DNA of 64,000 nt from an uncultured Candidatus Saccharibacteria bacterium (GTDB taxonomy: Bacteria; Patescibacteriota; Minisyncoccia; 2-02-FULL-40-12). This document shows positions 17,160 to 25,966 of the stretch, in pieces. Under the pieces are notes generated by a model. That model worked only from the letters and a program-made list of their open reading frames with translations. It had not been told where the DNA came from and did not search any database. The number at the start of each line of letters is the position of its first letter. Position 1 is the stretch's first letter. The stretch covers positions 42,926-106,925 of the forward strand of contig CAYIZI010000001.1 in NCBI GenBank assembly GCA_964368135.1. The letters run 5' to 3'. The position numbers and the translations under genes are program-made.

Positions 17160-19856
17160 TTAGTGCCTCATTTGCTCCTTAATCCTCACCTTGAAATTTT
17201 TATCGTAATCAATCTCAATGGCGCTGCCCCGCTCCGGTTCTTCTTTTAAAAGCAATTCCGAAATTCTATTCTCAATCTGCCGCTGAATCACCCGGCGAAG
17301 TTCCCTGGCCCCAAAATGCGGGTCATAACCCTCTTCAGCTAATTTTTTAATCGCTTGAGACGAAATATTTAGATTATAGCCGAGCATCTTCAGTTTCTCG
17401 GTCAGCTTTTCCAGCTGAAGAACAACAATCTTTTGAATCTGTTCTTTCTCAAGCGATTTAAAGACAATCACTTCGTCAAAACGATTCAAAAACTCAGGCC
17501 GGAAATAGGTCCTTAAATTGTTTACCAAAAGCTCGCGCAAAGATTCATAGCCCATTCGGTCGCTGTCGGACTTATCAAATTCGCGGTGAATTATATCAGA
17601 ACCGACATTAGAAGTGGCGATAATAATGGTGTTTGAAAAATCAACCTTGCGGCCCTGGCCGTCAGTCAAACGGCCGTCTTCCAAAACCTGAAGCAGAATA
17701 TTAAAAACATCGGGGTGGGCTTTTTCAATTTCATCCAGTAAAATTATTGAATGCGGACGGCGGCGGACAATTTCTGTCAGCTGTCCCCCTTCTTCGTAGC
17801 CGACATATCCGGGCGGCGCGCCGATTAAACGGGAAACATTGTGCTTTTCCATATATTCAGACATATCCAGGCGGGCCATTGCATTTTCATCGCCAAAAAG
17901 CACATTAGCCAAAGTCCGAACCATTTCGGTTTTGCCGACACCGGTCGGCCCAAGAAACAAAAACGAAGCAATCGGCCGGTGAACATCGCCCAATCCGGCC
18001 CGGCCCCGCCTGATTGCTTCAGCCACAGCCTTAACCGCCTCTTCCTGGTCAATTAACCGTTCGTGAATCCTATTTTCCAGATTCAGCAGCTTCTCCTTTT
18101 CGGCCTGGGTCAATTGAGTCACCGGAACTCCGGTCAGCTTAGAGACCACTTCCGCCACATTTTCAAAGGTAACTTCTGGGATAATCTTCGCTTTTTTATT
18201 TTCCCAGGTGTCAAGCTTCTCGGCTCTTTCTTTTTCCAATTCAACAAGTTCCTTTTCAATCAGCGACACTTTTTTGCTTTTAGAATGCTTGGCCGCATCA
18301 AGCTCTTTTTTCAGGCCGCGAATTTTTTCTTCAATTCTTTTCAGCTCATCCGGCTCGGTAGTGAACTTAATCCTGACTCGCGAGGCGGCCTGGTCAATTA
18401 AATCAATAGCTTTGTCCGGCAAGAAGCGGCCGGTGATGTAGCGATGCGAAAGTTCGGCCGCGCCGACAATGGCTTCATCAGAAATCTTAACCCGGTGATG
18501 CGACTCATAGCGGTCGCGTAAACCATGCAATATCTCCACGGTTTCGCCAACTGTCGGCTCACTGACATAAATCGGTTGGAAGCGACGCTCCAGAGCCGCA
18601 TCTTTCTCAATGTGCTTTTGGTACTCTTTCAAAGTGGTGGCGCCGACAATATGAAGCTCGCCCCGAGCCAAAGCCGGCTTAAACATATTAGCCGCGTCCA
18701 TTGCCCCGCCTTCAGCCCGGCCAGCACCGACAAGTAAATGCAATTCATCAATAAAAACAATCAACTTGTTGGAATTGGCAACTATTTCTTCCAAAACTGA
18801 CTTTAGCCGCTCTTCAAACTGGCCGCGAAACTGGGTGCCGGCTAAGATGCCGGACAAATCTAATTCAACCACTCTTTTACCTTGCAAGGGCTCGGGCACA
18901 TTTCCAGAAACGATTCTTTGGGCGAGCCCTTCAATAATGGCTGTTTTACCGACTCCGGGCTCGCCGATTAAAACCGGGTTGTTCTTGGTTCGGCGGGCCA
19001 AAACTTCAATTGCCGTTTCAATCTCTTTGTGCCGGCCAATAACCGGGTCTAACTTCCCTATTCTGGCAAGTTGGGTAAGGTCGCGGGAAAACTGATCCAA
19101 AGCAGGGGTCTGCATCATCGGAATAAAACCTTCTTTGGCTCCCCGGCCCACCGCCTTAACCACCGCGTTCCTTAGTTTCTCGTAATCAAGCTTTTGTTTC
19201 TTTAAAACACGAGCACCCAAACCCTCACCCTCCTGCATCAAAGCCAAAAGCAGATGTTCTGGACCGACATAGTTGTGGTGTAAATTTTGGGCTTCAGGCA
19301 AAGCAATATCCAGAATTCTTTTCATTCGCGGTGAAAACTCTAACTCGTCTTCAGCAGTCCCGCCCTTTTGAATACTTTTTTCAAGATTAGACCTGACTTC
19401 TGTTTCCGAAATTCTTAAATTATTCAAAATCTTTTTGATGACCTGGTCATTTATCAAAGCCAAAAGCAGGTGCTCGGTGTCAACTTCCGAACTGCCGAAA
19501 GCTTGAGCCTGACCGCCGGCCTCTCCTAAAATGTGCTTGGCTGATTCGGAAAGGTAATCCTGGACGTCAACTCTTTCCTGAACTCTTGGCTCGGCCTGAA
19601 ATATGTCGCCGAAAAAATCGCCGAAAATATCGTCGCCAAAAATACTGCCAAACCCAAACGGATCGCGCGGATCGCGGCCGCGACCGCTTGGTTTTTTAGG
19701 GCTATCTCCTTGCCCTGAACCTGCTGAACCGCCAAAACTAAAACTCACTCCTTTGGCAGAGCACTGGTCACAAACATTGGTCACCGACTGGACCCCATTA
19801 ACTATCTTAACCACTCGCCGTGTAGCAGAATTTTTCTTGCAAATATCACAGAGCAT
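17160..19856 (-). CDS. clpC: ATP-dependent Clp protease ATP-binding subunit ClpC-like (two AAA+ modules) with an N-terminal Cys4 zinc-ribbon extension
   Basis: NBD1 GEPGVGKT, NBD2 GPTGVGKT, Clp_N repeats and a short ClpC-type M-domain. An extra N-terminus CDICKKN...CDQC is followed by a Gly/Phe/Asp-rich linker. Confidence 0.8.
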   Translation of the reverse strand: MLCDICKKNSATRRVVKIVNGVQSVTNVCDQCSAKGVSFSFGGSAGSGQGDSPKKPSGRGRDPRDPFGFGSIFGDDIFGDFFGDIFQAEPRVQERVDVQDYLSESAKHILGEAGGQAQAFGSSEVDTEHLLLALINDQVIKKILNNLRISETEVRSNLEKSIQKGGTAEDELEFSPRMKRILDIALPEAQNLHHNYVGPEHLLLALMQEGEGLGARVLKKQKLDYEKLRNAVVKAVGRGAKEGFIPMMQTPALDQFSRDLTQLARIGKLDPVIGRHKEIETAIEVLARRTKNNPVLIGEPGVGKTAIIEGLAQRIVSGNVPEPLQGKRVVELDLSGILAGTQFRGQFEERLKSVLEEIVANSNKLIVFIDELHLLVGAGRAEGGAMDAANMFKPALARGELHIVGATTLKEYQKHIEKDAALERRFQPIYVSEPTVGETVEILHGLRDRYESHHRVKISDEAIVGAAELSHRYITGRFLPDKAIDLIDQAASRVRIKFTTEPDELKRIEEKIRGLKKELDAAKHSKSKKVSLIEKELVELEKERAEKLDTWENKKAKIIPEVTFENVAEVVSKLTGVPVTQLTQAEKEKLLNLENRIHERLIDQEEAVKAVAEAIRRGRAGLGDVHRPIASFLFLGPTGVGKTEMVRTLANVLFGDENAMARLDMSEYMEKHNVSRLIGAPPGYVGYEEGGQLTEIVRRRPHSIILLDEIEKAHPDVFNILLQVLEDGRLTDGQGRKVDFSNTIIIATSNVGSDIIHREFDKSDSDRMGYESLRELLVNNLRTYFRPEFLNRFDEVIVFKSLEKEQIQKIVVLQLEKLTEKLKMLGYNLNISSQAIKKLAEEGYDPHFGARELRRVIQRQIENRISELLLKEEPERGSAIEIDYDKNFKVRIKEQMRH

Positions 19857-19918
19857 AAATATAAAAAACTAACCATTATATTTTATGATTTTTTAAAAAG
19901 AGAGTCAATAGAAGACCG

Positions 19919-20275
19919 CTACTTCATCGCAAATCCGCCGCCGATCAGTGCACCGACCATATTCATTTCAAGGGCAAAAACAGCCAAAGGCCAAACATCG
20001 TTAACGCCCATTGCCTTAACTACTCCCCATCCTAAAACTATTAATATTGCCCAAACCACACCAATCACAACTCCGCTCGAGAATGCTTTGCCCCAGCCCT
20101 GGCCTCCGTTTTGATAACCAACCCAAAGACCAAAAGCCAAAGCAATCAATGCCCAAGTGTCTACCGACATCATTGATTCCACTCCTTCAACATAGCTTAA
20201 AATAACCGCTACAACAGCAACTAAGACGGCTGCGGTAACAGGCACTCTCATCATTCCTCCCATATTTAGTTCCAA
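19919..20275 (-). CDS. Hypothetical small integral membrane protein (3-4 TM helices, Gly/Trp-rich)
   Basis: 118-aa hydrophobic ORF, visibly GC-richer than its surroundings. No known family. Confidence 0.4.
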   Translation of the reverse strand: MELNMGGMMRVPVTAAVLVAVVAVILSYVEGVESMMSVDTWALIALAFGLWVGYQNGGQGWGKAFSSGVVIGVVWAILIVLGWGVVKAMGVNDVWPLAVFALEMNMVGALIGGGFAMK

Positions 20276-20410
20276 TTACTTAAGCTGCTTAAGTTTAAGT
20301 AACCAGATAAATTATTAAAGTTCCCGAAACACTTATTTTATAAGTGTACGGATAAACAGCTGCTCGACTCGCCTGCTTTTCGCAGACCTTATATCAGCCG
20401 ATTATATCGT

Positions 20411-20438
20411 GAATATATGGATTTGAATCCATATATTC
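20411..20438. promoter_or_regulatory. Perfect palindrome GAATATATGGATT-T-AATCCATATATTC just 3' of the Cas4-like gene
   Basis: 13-bp arms read directly. Possible terminator or protein-binding site. Confidence 0.35.
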
Positions 20439-20465
20439 ATTTCGCTCGGTCGAAATAAATGACAA

Positions 20466-21143
20466 TCATTCATTTCTTCCTCGCTCGTGAATATCATCTA
20501 CCCAGCGGCAGTAATCGCATTTTTCATGCTTGTCCGGTATTGGACCAGCCAGTAAACTGATTGCCTTGTAAAATAACTCTTTGGCGTTTTCTTTTGATGT
20601 CTCTATCCTCTTTGGTATTATATCAAATTCTATCAAATTGTTGCTGTGGATTTTTAAGGGCGCGAAAAAGACCAGGTAGCCGATATCTTTGGTCGGATAG
20701 CCGTTTTCGTCCAAAAGCCAGGTGTAAATATTAAGCTGATTTTGATGAAAGATATGGGAATCATCCCTGATTTCACCTTTTGATTTGTAATCCAAGGGTA
20801 AAAAGCGGTTGTCTTCAGAAACAAGGCAATCGTCCAAAGCACTAACTAACTTTGTATCGGCTTTTTTGTCAATAAAACTTAAACCGGTCCGCCAATTCCG
20901 CCATTTTTTCAAAAGCTCCTGGTTATCCATCAACCGATCTTCAACCAAGTTCTCAAGCTGGGGCGGCAATTTACCTTTGGCTCGGAAACCGTCAAAATAA
21001 CTTTTAATCAAAAGATCCATCTTGGTGTAAAGCGGCATCGGGATGCCCTGGGGCCGCCTGACTCTTTCTTTTACTTGTAAATAAAAACAGCGCGGACACT
21101 CGTTGAACAAAGCTAAACTTGAAGCGGATAAAATAGTCATCAA
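20466..21143 (-). CDS. Cas4-like PD-(D/E)xK nuclease (DUF83-type) with Fe-S-cluster cysteines, stand-alone
   Basis: N-terminal ...LFNECPRCFYLQ, central LDYKSKGE (D/ExK) and C-terminal KCDYCRW. The Cys arrangement (1 N-terminal + 3 C-terminal) is typical of Cas4/AddB-type nucleases. No CRISPR repeats or other cas genes lie nearby. Confidence 0.6.
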   Translation of the reverse strand: MMTILSASSLALFNECPRCFYLQVKERVRRPQGIPMPLYTKMDLLIKSYFDGFRAKGKLPPQLENLVEDRLMDNQELLKKWRNWRTGLSFIDKKADTKLVSALDDCLVSEDNRFLPLDYKSKGEIRDDSHIFHQNQLNIYTWLLDENGYPTKDIGYLVFFAPLKIHSNNLIEFDIIPKRIETSKENAKELFYKAISLLAGPIPDKHEKCDYCRWVDDIHERGRNE

Positions 21144-21914
21144 TTATTTTTTCCCGAATAAACTCAATAAAAATATGCCGACGCCAATTAAAATAATAAT
21201 CGGGCCAGGCGGCAAGCCATATGTTCTGGCGATCATTAAACCGGACGGTGCGGTCAATAAACCAAAAATAGTACTCAAAGAAGCATATCTTCCAATACTG
21301 CGGCTTAAATTTTTAGCGGCCGTGGCTGAAACTATTATTAAAGCACCCATTAGTAGTGTGCCGACAACCTTTACTCCCAAAGCCACCACGGCCGAGACCA
21401 AAACCAAAAACAATAAGTTAATTTTCCTCAACTTCACGCCATTGGCAATGGCCAAATCCTCGGAAATAGTTCCCAAAACCAGGCCTCTGTAAATTTTAGC
21501 CCCGATAGTAAACACGGCAGCTGAAAGTAAAATCGCCAGCGCGGTATCAAAAAAATCAATTTCGGAAATATCGCCGAAAAGCGCCTCACCAAGCTCTTCC
21601 AAATCAGGAATAAGCATTACGCCAATGGCCAGCGAAGCGACAAAGAAAATACCGATTAAGGCCTCGGTTGGAATTCTGGTCCTGCCTTCAAGCAGCCAAA
21701 TCAGCCACGAGGCGGCAAAGAGAAACACAAAAGCCAGCAAAAACGGATTAAGATTAAAAAGCAAGGCAAGGCCGATACCGGGCAAAGCGACATGGCTTAA
21801 AACATCGCCGGCCAAAGCCAGCCGCCTCAAAACCATTATTGAGCCAAGATATCCGGCGGCCGCGCCGACCACTCCGGCGGTGATTAGCGAAAAAAGTAAA
21901 TTTTGGTCAATCAT
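21144..21914 (-). CDS. Metal (Zn/Mn-type, ABC-3 family) ABC transporter permease
   Basis: Polytopic; RRLALAGDVLSHVALPGIGLALL resembles ZnuB/MntB family permeases. Start taken at MIDQNLL, giving an ATGA overlap with the ATPase gene. Confidence 0.75.
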   Translation of the reverse strand: MIDQNLLFSLITAGVVGAAAGYLGSIMVLRRLALAGDVLSHVALPGIGLALLFNLNPFLLAFVFLFAASWLIWLLEGRTRIPTEALIGIFFVASLAIGVMLIPDLEELGEALFGDISEIDFFDTALAILLSAAVFTIGAKIYRGLVLGTISEDLAIANGVKLRKINLLFLVLVSAVVALGVKVVGTLLMGALIIVSATAAKNLSRSIGRYASLSTIFGLLTAPSGLMIARTYGLPPGPIIILIGVGIFLLSLFGKK

Positions 21915-22669
21915 ATACGTTTGTGAGTATGCGGATAAATTCCAACTTCTGTTCCATAAAGTTTTTTTAACTCCTCCCTGCTTAACGCCTCCTGGGGAGG
22001 ACCAAAACAAACTTTTTCCTTGTTGATGCACAAAACGCTGGAGGCCTGTTCATAAACAACATGAATGTCATGGGAAATAAAAATTATAGTCAAATCATGC
22101 TCGTCTCTTAACTTACGAAGGAGATTGTAAATCGTTTCTTCACCGCCGATATCTACTCCGGTGGTTGGCTCATCAAAAAGCAAAACTTTTGGATTACCCA
22201 AAAGAGCAAAAGCAATTAAAACCTTCTGAAGCTCACCGCCAGACAGCACCCCAAGTGGCTGGTTTAAAATGTGATGGACTAAGTGGTGCTCATCATGGGT
22301 ACCTGCCCCGTAGCTCGCCGCAGGCGATGGTTCGGGGTGAAAACCGACCCATTTTAAAACCTCGGCTACTTTACTCTTGCCGGCTTTTTTATAGTTCAAA
22401 AACTCTTTGACACTCAAAGGCAGATCGCGTTCAACAATGAAACGCTGGGGCACGTAGCCGACTTTAATATTTTTATACCAAAGGAACTTTCCTGAATAAG
22501 GCACCAGGCCCAGCAAAGTCCGGAATAAAACCGTCTTCCCGGCGCCGTTTGGTCCGACCACGGCCATGATGTCGCCTTTCTTGACTTCAAAACTCAAATC
22601 GCTGATAACTTTATCGCCGTTAAACTGAACATTCAGGTTCTCCACTTTGAGGATTAAATCGTTGGGCAT
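21911..22669 (-). CDS. Metal ABC transporter ATP-binding protein (ZnuC/MntA-like)
   Basis: Walker A GPNGAGKT, signature LSGGELQKV and Walker B LLLFDEPT. Confidence 0.8.
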   Translation of the reverse strand: MPNDLILKVENLNVQFNGDKVISDLSFEVKKGDIMAVVGPNGAGKTVLFRTLLGLVPYSGKFLWYKNIKVGYVPQRFIVERDLPLSVKEFLNYKKAGKSKVAEVLKWVGFHPEPSPAASYGAGTHDEHHLVHHILNQPLGVLSGGELQKVLIAFALLGNPKVLLFDEPTTGVDIGGEETIYNLLRKLRDEHDLTIIFISHDIHVVYEQASSVLCINKEKVCFGPPQEALSREELKKLYGTEVGIYPHTHKRI

Positions 22670-22691
22670 CGGTTTTAATGATAACAGATTG

Positions 22692-22742
22692 CTCGGGTAT
22701 AGCCAATTTCTTTTCTGACTTTTTTAGACAAATAATCCTCAG
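22692..22742. repeat. Partial inverted-orientation copy of the right end of the 16937-17137 element (CTCGGGTATAGCCAATTTC - 15 nt - AGACAAATAATCCTCAG)
   Basis: Two conserved blocks, 19 and 17 nt, match the reverse complement of 17085-17137 in the same order and with similar spacing. The copy lies in the divergent promoter region between the ABC ATPase and the ClpP-like gene. Confidence 0.55.
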
Positions 22743-22831
22743 AGAGTATCCGGTTTTCGTTTTTTAAAAATTTTATTGACAAATACCTTAAATTATTTTA
22801 CTCTTTCCAAAGCTCAAAAGGAGGTGTAGTA

Positions 22832-23437
22832 ATGGAACCAAAGGAAGAAATAGCCAAAAAGTTGCTGGAAAGACGGATTTTAGTGATGACCGGCGAAATA
22901 ACCAAAGAGAAAGTTGATGAAGTGAGGAGTGGCCTGATATGGCTGAATGCCCTCTCCAATGACGAAATCAAACTGATCATTGACACAAAAGGAGGTGAAT
23001 GTGAGCCTGGGTTTTGGTTGGTAGATTTCGTCCAGATGCTTAGTGCTCCTGTTATAGGTATAGTGAACGGGGAATGTTACTCAATAGGCATCGCCATTCT
23101 CCAAGGATGCCGCAAGAGGCTGGCGACGCCCCATAGCTGGTTCCAAGTTCATTTCACCGGTGGCACCTTCAGGTACGCTCCCCGCGACGAGAAAAGAGAA
23201 AAGAAGTTTGAAATCAGATTGACACAGAGCCAAAAAGTCCAGGAACAGATGCTCCAACTTCTTTCCTCCAGAACCGGCAAAACTCCGAAGGAAATAATCG
23301 CTCTCTGTGAAAAAGGAGAGAAGTACGATTGGAGGTTTTCGGCCTCCGAAGCAAAGGAGCTGGGATTCGTTGACAAGGTAGTGGAAAAGTTCGAGTTATT
23401 TCCTGCTCCACCTTTGACAACACCGCCAACGCCTTAG
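22832..23437 (+). CDS. ClpP-family (S14) serine protease, atypical/possibly acquired copy
   Basis: Aligns to ClpP with the catalytic Ser (CYSIG), His (QVHFTGG) and Asp (KYDWRF) conserved. It is preceded by a strong SD (AAAGGAGGTG) and a TTGACA -35-like hexamer. Codon usage is visibly GC3-richer than the genome background. Confidence 0.7.
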   Translation: MEPKEEIAKKLLERRILVMTGEITKEKVDEVRSGLIWLNALSNDEIKLIIDTKGGECEPGFWLVDFVQMLSAPVIGIVNGECYSIGIAILQGCRKRLATPHSWFQVHFTGGTFRYAPRDEKREKKFEIRLTQSQKVQEQMLQLLSSRTGKTPKEIIALCEKGEKYDWRFSASEAKELGFVDKVVEKFELFPAPPLTTPPTP

Positions 23438-23459
23438 GGCCGCGGCGGTTTTTCGTTTT

Positions 23460-23717
23460 TTATTTATACAAATTCGGGTGAGTATCTAAAGCAATAAAGT
23501 ATGCAGTATTATCATCAACTAACTCATAAACCGCTCGATAATTTCCGGTAATATTAATACTGCGACAGCCTTTATACTTTCCAGTGAGTCCGTGATTATT
23601 CAAAATTGGATCAAACGGGTCTTTCGAAAATAAAACAAGTCGTTCATCGACTTTTTTCTGAATAGCTCGTAGTTTCTTAAACTTCTTCTTAAAATTTTGG
23701 TGAAAAAGAATTTTCAC
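23460..23717 (-). CDS. relE: Type II toxin, RelE/ParE (YafQ-like) family
   Basis: 85 aa; ...LTGKYKGCRSINITGNYRAVYEL...IALDTHPNLY is typical of RelE/YafQ toxins. It lies directly downstream of an antitoxin gene with a 1-nt gap. Confidence 0.7.
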   Translation of the reverse strand: MKILFHQNFKKKFKKLRAIQKKVDERLVLFSKDPFDPILNNHGLTGKYKGCRSINITGNYRAVYELVDDNTAYFIALDTHPNLYK

Positions 23718-23990
23718 TTACGAATGCAGGTAATCAAAGGCTTCTTCAATAGAATCAAAAACAGGAGAAATATTCTTCTTGGCTTTATAATCTTTTCTGG
23801 CCTGACCAATAAGCTTTTCTAATTCCGGAGTCATTTTAGGCATAACTGAAAAGTAAAGTCTTCGGCTTCTAATAAACTGTTTAAGGTTTGCATTTATAAT
23901 TGTACTTAAATTAAGACCTAATTCTTTGGCTAATTTTTGAGCATTCTCTTTAACTTCCTTATCTGCTTTTATATTGATCATCGTCTTCAT
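23718..23990 (-). CDS. relB: Type II antitoxin, RelB/DinJ family
   Basis: MKTMINIKADKEVKENAQKLAKELGLNLSTIINANLKQFI is a ribbon-helix-helix DinJ-like N-terminus. Start taken at 23990. Confidence 0.7.
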   Translation of the reverse strand: MKTMINIKADKEVKENAQKLAKELGLNLSTIINANLKQFIRSRRLYFSVMPKMTPELEKLIGQARKDYKAKKNISPVFDSIEEAFDYLHS

Positions 23991-24078
23991 CCCGTTAGAA
24001 ATTTTACAGACCGTCAACCACTCTAAGCTGGTAGCTAAACTTATAAAACTTCATATCACTTAATTTGTGTTTATTCCC

Positions 24079-24105
24079 GTTAGGGCTAACTTCTAACGGG
24101 ATTCA
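24079..24105. promoter_or_regulatory. Hairpin TCCCGTTAG-GGCTAACTT-CTAACGGGA, with a third CCCGTTAG half-site at 23995-24002. Candidate operator of the relBE promoter or topA terminator
   Basis: 9-bp perfect stem read directly. The same octamer recurs just upstream of the antitoxin start. Confidence 0.35.
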
Positions 24106-24136
24106 TATCTAAAGTATATACAACGGATATTTAATG

Positions 24137-25960
24137 TCAAGGGTTAATATTTTTTAATTCCAAGTTTTTCGTATTCTTGCATTTCGGGAAATTCGAGCAG
24201 GCCAGGAATTTGCCGAAGCGGCCCATCCGAATGACCATCTTGCCGCCGCATTTCTCGCAGATTTCATCGGTCTCCTCCACTTCCTTTCCGCCGACTTCTT
24301 TGTACTTCTTTTCAAGGTTAGCCGAAAACGGTCCGTAAAATTCTCTAATCAAACTAACCCACTTTTCTTTACCTTCAGCCACATCATCCAATTCGTTTTC
24401 CATATTGCTGGTAAATTTTATATCAACCACGTCCGGGAAGTGCTCAACAAGAAGGTCGTTGACCATTTTGCCAATTTCGGTCGGGTGAAAATAACGAGAA
24501 CGGTCTTTTTGAACATAGTTCCTTAGCTGAATGGTGGAAATTATCGGCGCGTAAGTTGAGGGTCGGCCGATTCCGTATTTTTCCAAAATTTTAACCAATG
24601 AGGCTTCGTTATAACGGGCCGGCGGTTTGGTAAAATGCTGTTCCGGCTTTAATTCCAAAAGTCTTAATTTTTCTTTTTCCTCAAGCGGCGGTAACTCGGT
24701 TTCTTCGTATTTAATCGGATAGACTTTTAAAAAGCCGTCAAATTTCAAAGTCTGGCCATTGGAGCTGAAAGTATAATTCTTGGCCAAAATTTCCACGCTC
24801 ATCGTGTCAAACACCGCCTCTTTCATCTGAGTGGCCATAAAGCGCCGCCAGATTAAATCATAGAGTTTGAACTGCTGGGGGGTTAAACCGCTTTTGATGC
24901 TTTCCGGTGTTCGCGAAGGCTCGGTCGGCCGGATAGCTTCGTGAGCTTCTTGGGCCAAACGAGACTTGGTTTTATATTTTCTCGGAAATCCGGCATAGTA
25001 TCTTTGGCCAAACAGATTTATAATCGCCTCTTTAGCCGCAAAAAGTGATTGTTCCGAAAGATTAGTGGAGTCGGTCCTCATATAGGTAATATAGCCGTTT
25101 TCGTAAAGCTGCTGAGCTATCATCATTGTCTGCTTTGAGGAGAATCTTAATTTTTTAAACCCTTCCTGCTGGAGGGTGCTGGTGGTAAATGCCGCCGCCG
25201 GAATTCTTTTCATCTCTTTTCGCTCAATTTTTGAAACGGCATAATCCGCGCCTTCCAAATCTTTCAAAATCTTATCGGCTTCGGCTTTGTTTTTTATCCC
25301 TAATTTTTCTATTGCTTCACCGTTCAATTTTGAAAGCAAAGCTGTAAGTTTGCCTTGTTTTGCTTTCAATAACGCCTCAATACTCCAATATTCCTGGGGT
25401 TTAAAATTCTCAATTTCTCTTTCCCGCTCAACCACCAGCCGCACCGCCACTGACTGAACCCGGCCGGCTGAAAGGCCGCGGGCAACTTTCTTCCATAAAA
25501 ACGGCGAGAGCTTATAACCAACCAAACGGTCAAGTACTCTGCGGGCCTGCTGGGCATCAACCAAATTCATATCAATATCGCGCGGATTTTTGAGAGCTTC
25601 TTCAATTGCCCGCTTGGTGACTTCGTGAAAAACAATTCTTTCAACTGCTTTTTTACCGCCCTTATCCAAACCTAAGGCCTTAACCAAATGCCAGGAAATT
25701 GCCTCCCCTTCTCGGTCTTCATCAGTGGCCATTATCACTTTTTCCGCCTTTGGCAGAAATTTCTTCAAAATAGTAATGGTTTTTCTGGCTTTTGGCGGAA
25801 TCACATACTTTGGCTGAAAATCATTTTCAACATCCACGCCCAAATCGGTCTTGGGCAAATCCCGCACATGGCCAAACGAAGACTGAACCGAATAATCCCG
25901 GCCTAAAAACTGACTTATTGTCCGCGCTTTGATCGGACTCTCAACCACAATCAACTTCAT
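24137..25960 (-). CDS. topA: DNA topoisomerase I (type IA), short form with a single C-terminal zinc ribbon
   Basis: Toprim N-terminus MKLIVVESPIKARTI...GHVRDLP, active-site Tyr region and C-terminal CEKCGGKM...CSNFPKC. Confidence 0.9.
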   Translation of the reverse strand: MKLIVVESPIKARTISQFLGRDYSVQSSFGHVRDLPKTDLGVDVENDFQPKYVIPPKARKTITILKKFLPKAEKVIMATDEDREGEAISWHLVKALGLDKGGKKAVERIVFHEVTKRAIEEALKNPRDIDMNLVDAQQARRVLDRLVGYKLSPFLWKKVARGLSAGRVQSVAVRLVVEREREIENFKPQEYWSIEALLKAKQGKLTALLSKLNGEAIEKLGIKNKAEADKILKDLEGADYAVSKIERKEMKRIPAAAFTTSTLQQEGFKKLRFSSKQTMMIAQQLYENGYITYMRTDSTNLSEQSLFAAKEAIINLFGQRYYAGFPRKYKTKSRLAQEAHEAIRPTEPSRTPESIKSGLTPQQFKLYDLIWRRFMATQMKEAVFDTMSVEILAKNYTFSSNGQTLKFDGFLKVYPIKYEETELPPLEEKEKLRLLELKPEQHFTKPPARYNEASLVKILEKYGIGRPSTYAPIISTIQLRNYVQKDRSRYFHPTEIGKMVNDLLVEHFPDVVDIKFTSNMENELDDVAEGKEKWVSLIREFYGPFSANLEKKYKEVGGKEVEETDEICEKCGGKMVIRMGRFGKFLACSNFPKCKNTKNLELKNINP

Positions 25961-25966
25961 AACTTA

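Noticed and set aside
20423-20436. TGGATTTGAATCCA resembles a tRNA T-arm (GGTTCGAATCC-like), so a tRNA was considered in the 20276-20466 gap
   Set aside because: It is the centre of a perfect palindrome, and no acceptor/D/anticodon arms can be built around it. No tRNA, rRNA or tmRNA-like sequence was recognised anywhere in the window.
20276-21143. CRISPR array adjacent to the Cas4-like gene
   Set aside because: No direct repeats of 25-40 nt with regular spacers occur in the flanking 1 kb or elsewhere in the window.
22832-23437. The ClpP-like gene as the canonical housekeeping clpP
   Set aside because: This is not rejected outright. However, it lacks an adjacent clpX, has atypical translation and promoter signals and composition, and is linked to a TA pair, so I report it as a probable acquired paralogue.
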